In this document: one piece after another, positions 62,805 to 64,000 of the stretch
How positions within the stretch are numbered: the stretch's first letter is position 1
Layout of the letters: the number at the start of each line of letters is the position of its first letter
DNA from: Candidatus Latescibacterota bacterium
Lineage (GTDB): Bacteria > Latescibacterota > UBA2968 > GCA-2709665
Assembly: GCA_965237675.1 (NCBI GenBank)
Contig: OZ250150.1
Coordinates: 5,440,001 to 5,504,000, forward strand
Length of the DNA stretch: 64,000 bases
Direction: 5' to 3'
The notes under the pieces: generated by a model
The model's database searches: none
What the model was told of the DNA's origin: nothing
The model's input: only the letters and a program-made list of their open reading frames with translations
Program-made: the position numbers and the translations under genes

Positions 62805-63602
62805 TCAAATCCCTTTTGGTTCGAGAATTTCAACTTCGTCGGGATGACAAACCAAGGTGGAATCCTTCATCTTGGCGCGGAAGAAACAGGCTTCGGGTCG
62901 AGCCAATTCGCCGACAAAACGTGCGGTATTCTTCTTGGGTCCCAGTTCATCGGGGCGTTTCCAGCGAAAGCCCTGAGCACGTGCCGTGGGCGGAAAAACA
63001 TCATAGAGCATCAAGCCCAAGTCCTCCACGGGCTGTCGCCAACTGATGCCCAGCTCAGTAGCTCGCCCTTCCAGCGCGGCCTGGGGATCATCAACCCACT
63101 CGAAATCCGCCGCGAATTCACGCATACCCAAGGCGGGCCGGTGGAAGCACTTGCCCTGCTGAGCGCGGCGCTTGAACTCGACGAAATACTTCACCGGTGT
63201 GTCGTTCGGGCGATTCGCCAACGGTGTGGTACGCAGTTCGGCACTGATGATGTATTCCACCTCTTGGAGAGCCAACATATTGCGCTGAGTGCCGTCAGGT
63301 GCGCCGCCCCCAGCCTCAATGGGCGATACCTTCTCCGGCTGAGCCATCCATTGGCCGACATTGCGCAGGCTGATGACTGACTGCACTTCATTGCGCCGAA
63401 TCGAGGCCCAGCGTCCTCGCCGAACCACCCGGACGACAGCGACGCAATAACAAACTTGAGGTTCCCAAAACACGGCTTCCAAAATGCCACGTGCGGCAGA
63501 GGGCGTCATCACCGAATAGCTGACGCGCTCCACTTTCATTTCGGGGCGAGTGAAACAAGCCCAATCGCCCCATACTCTGAGATGTACATGATTGTTTTTC
63601 AT
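62805..63602 (-). CDS. cas5c: Cas5c (Cas5d)
   Basis: VWGDWACFTRPEMKVERVSY..TPSAARGILEA, GKCFHRP.LG.REF, DLGLMLYD. Confidence 0.96.
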   Translation of the reverse strand: MKNNHVHLRVWGDWACFTRPEMKVERVSYSVMTPSAARGILEAVFWEPQVCYCVAVVRVVRRGRWASIRRNEVQSVISLRNVGQWMAQPEKVSPIEAGGGAPDGTQRNMLALQEVEYIISAELRTTPLANRPNDTPVKYFVEFKRRAQQGKCFHRPALGMREFAADFEWVDDPQAALEGRATELGISWRQPVEDLGLMLYDVFPPTARAQGFRWKRPDELGPKKNTARFVGELARPEACFFRAKMKDSTLVCHPDEVEILEPKGI

Positions 63603-63640
63603 GTTTCAATCCATTCCTCATACTGATGGAAAGGGGAAAC
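63603..63640 (-). repeat. Repeat-derived sequence directly abutting the cas5c ATG
   Basis: Minus strand TTTCCATCAGTATGAGGAATGGATTGAAAC|ATG; resembles family 2 with a short insertion. Confidence 0.65.
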
Positions 63641-63682
63641 CTTCCTGCGGTGTGCGGATGCTAAACACAATTCGACCTCGCT

Positions 63683-63866
63683 TCATAACAAGAAATCCTC
63701 GGTCGGACGTTGGTCGATAACTACGCCGAGATGTTCGTGATAGGCTGCTTCATCCAGTACGCTCAACTCCATACCGGGCAACACCGGACGAAGCAGTCCC
63801 ATTTTATCAGCTTTCTGAAAGTCGCGCAAATGAAGATTCACCATAAAACGTTGGAGGTCGCGCAAA
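63683..63866 (-). pseudogene. cas3: C-terminal remnant of cas3, interrupted by an IS
   Basis: LRDLQRFMVNL..Y.EHLG typical of the I-C Cas3 tail, in the expected position; frame closed upstream (TGA 63908-63910). Confidence 0.75.
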
Positions 63867-64000
63867 GGGCAAGTACTATTATTAGTTGAAATAGCAGAGG
63901 CGTTCAATCAGCGGCGAAAGCGTTTTGCGTGTCATGATCGAGCGCGAGATGATTGCGTAGGGCAAGTCTGAGTACGGGAAGAAAGCGGTATCCTTTGATC
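63867..64000 (-). mobile_element. Right end of an IS256-family element (partial)
   Basis: Frame IKGYRFLPVLRLALRNHL..AAD* resembles IS256 transposase C-termini; end GGGCAAGTACTATTATTAGTTGA resembles IS256 inverted repeats. Confidence 0.7.

Overview
GC-rich bacterial chromosomal window. The first ~32 kb is mostly housekeeping and metabolic: nnr (partial), two tRNA-Ser, gltX, tRNA-Gln, prs, glnS, manA, two atypical sulfatases, UbiA/UbiX, several toxin-antitoxin modules and a CxxU Rdx selenoprotein missed by the ORF track. The right end is a type I-C CRISPR-Cas locus on the minus strand (cas3 interrupted by an IS256-like element, then cas5c-cas8c-cas7c-cas4-cas1-cas2 and a 37-repeat array at 55003-57672). 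The most striking feature is that the array's apparent last spacer and degenerate terminal repeat sit about 16 kb away at 38698-38771. The DNA in between is cut into co-oriented, gene-carrying segments of 0.2-7 kb by nine solitary, individually diverged copies of a second CRISPR-like repeat (...TCTTCCATCAGAACAAGGATTGAAAC). Several cargo genes start, stop or are cut off at these repeats, and repeat-derived sequence also abuts the cas5 and cas2 starts. This looks like an integron-like gene-cassette array built on CRISPR repeats inside a CRISPR array. The mechanism is inference. All family calls come from motif recognition by eye, with no database searches.
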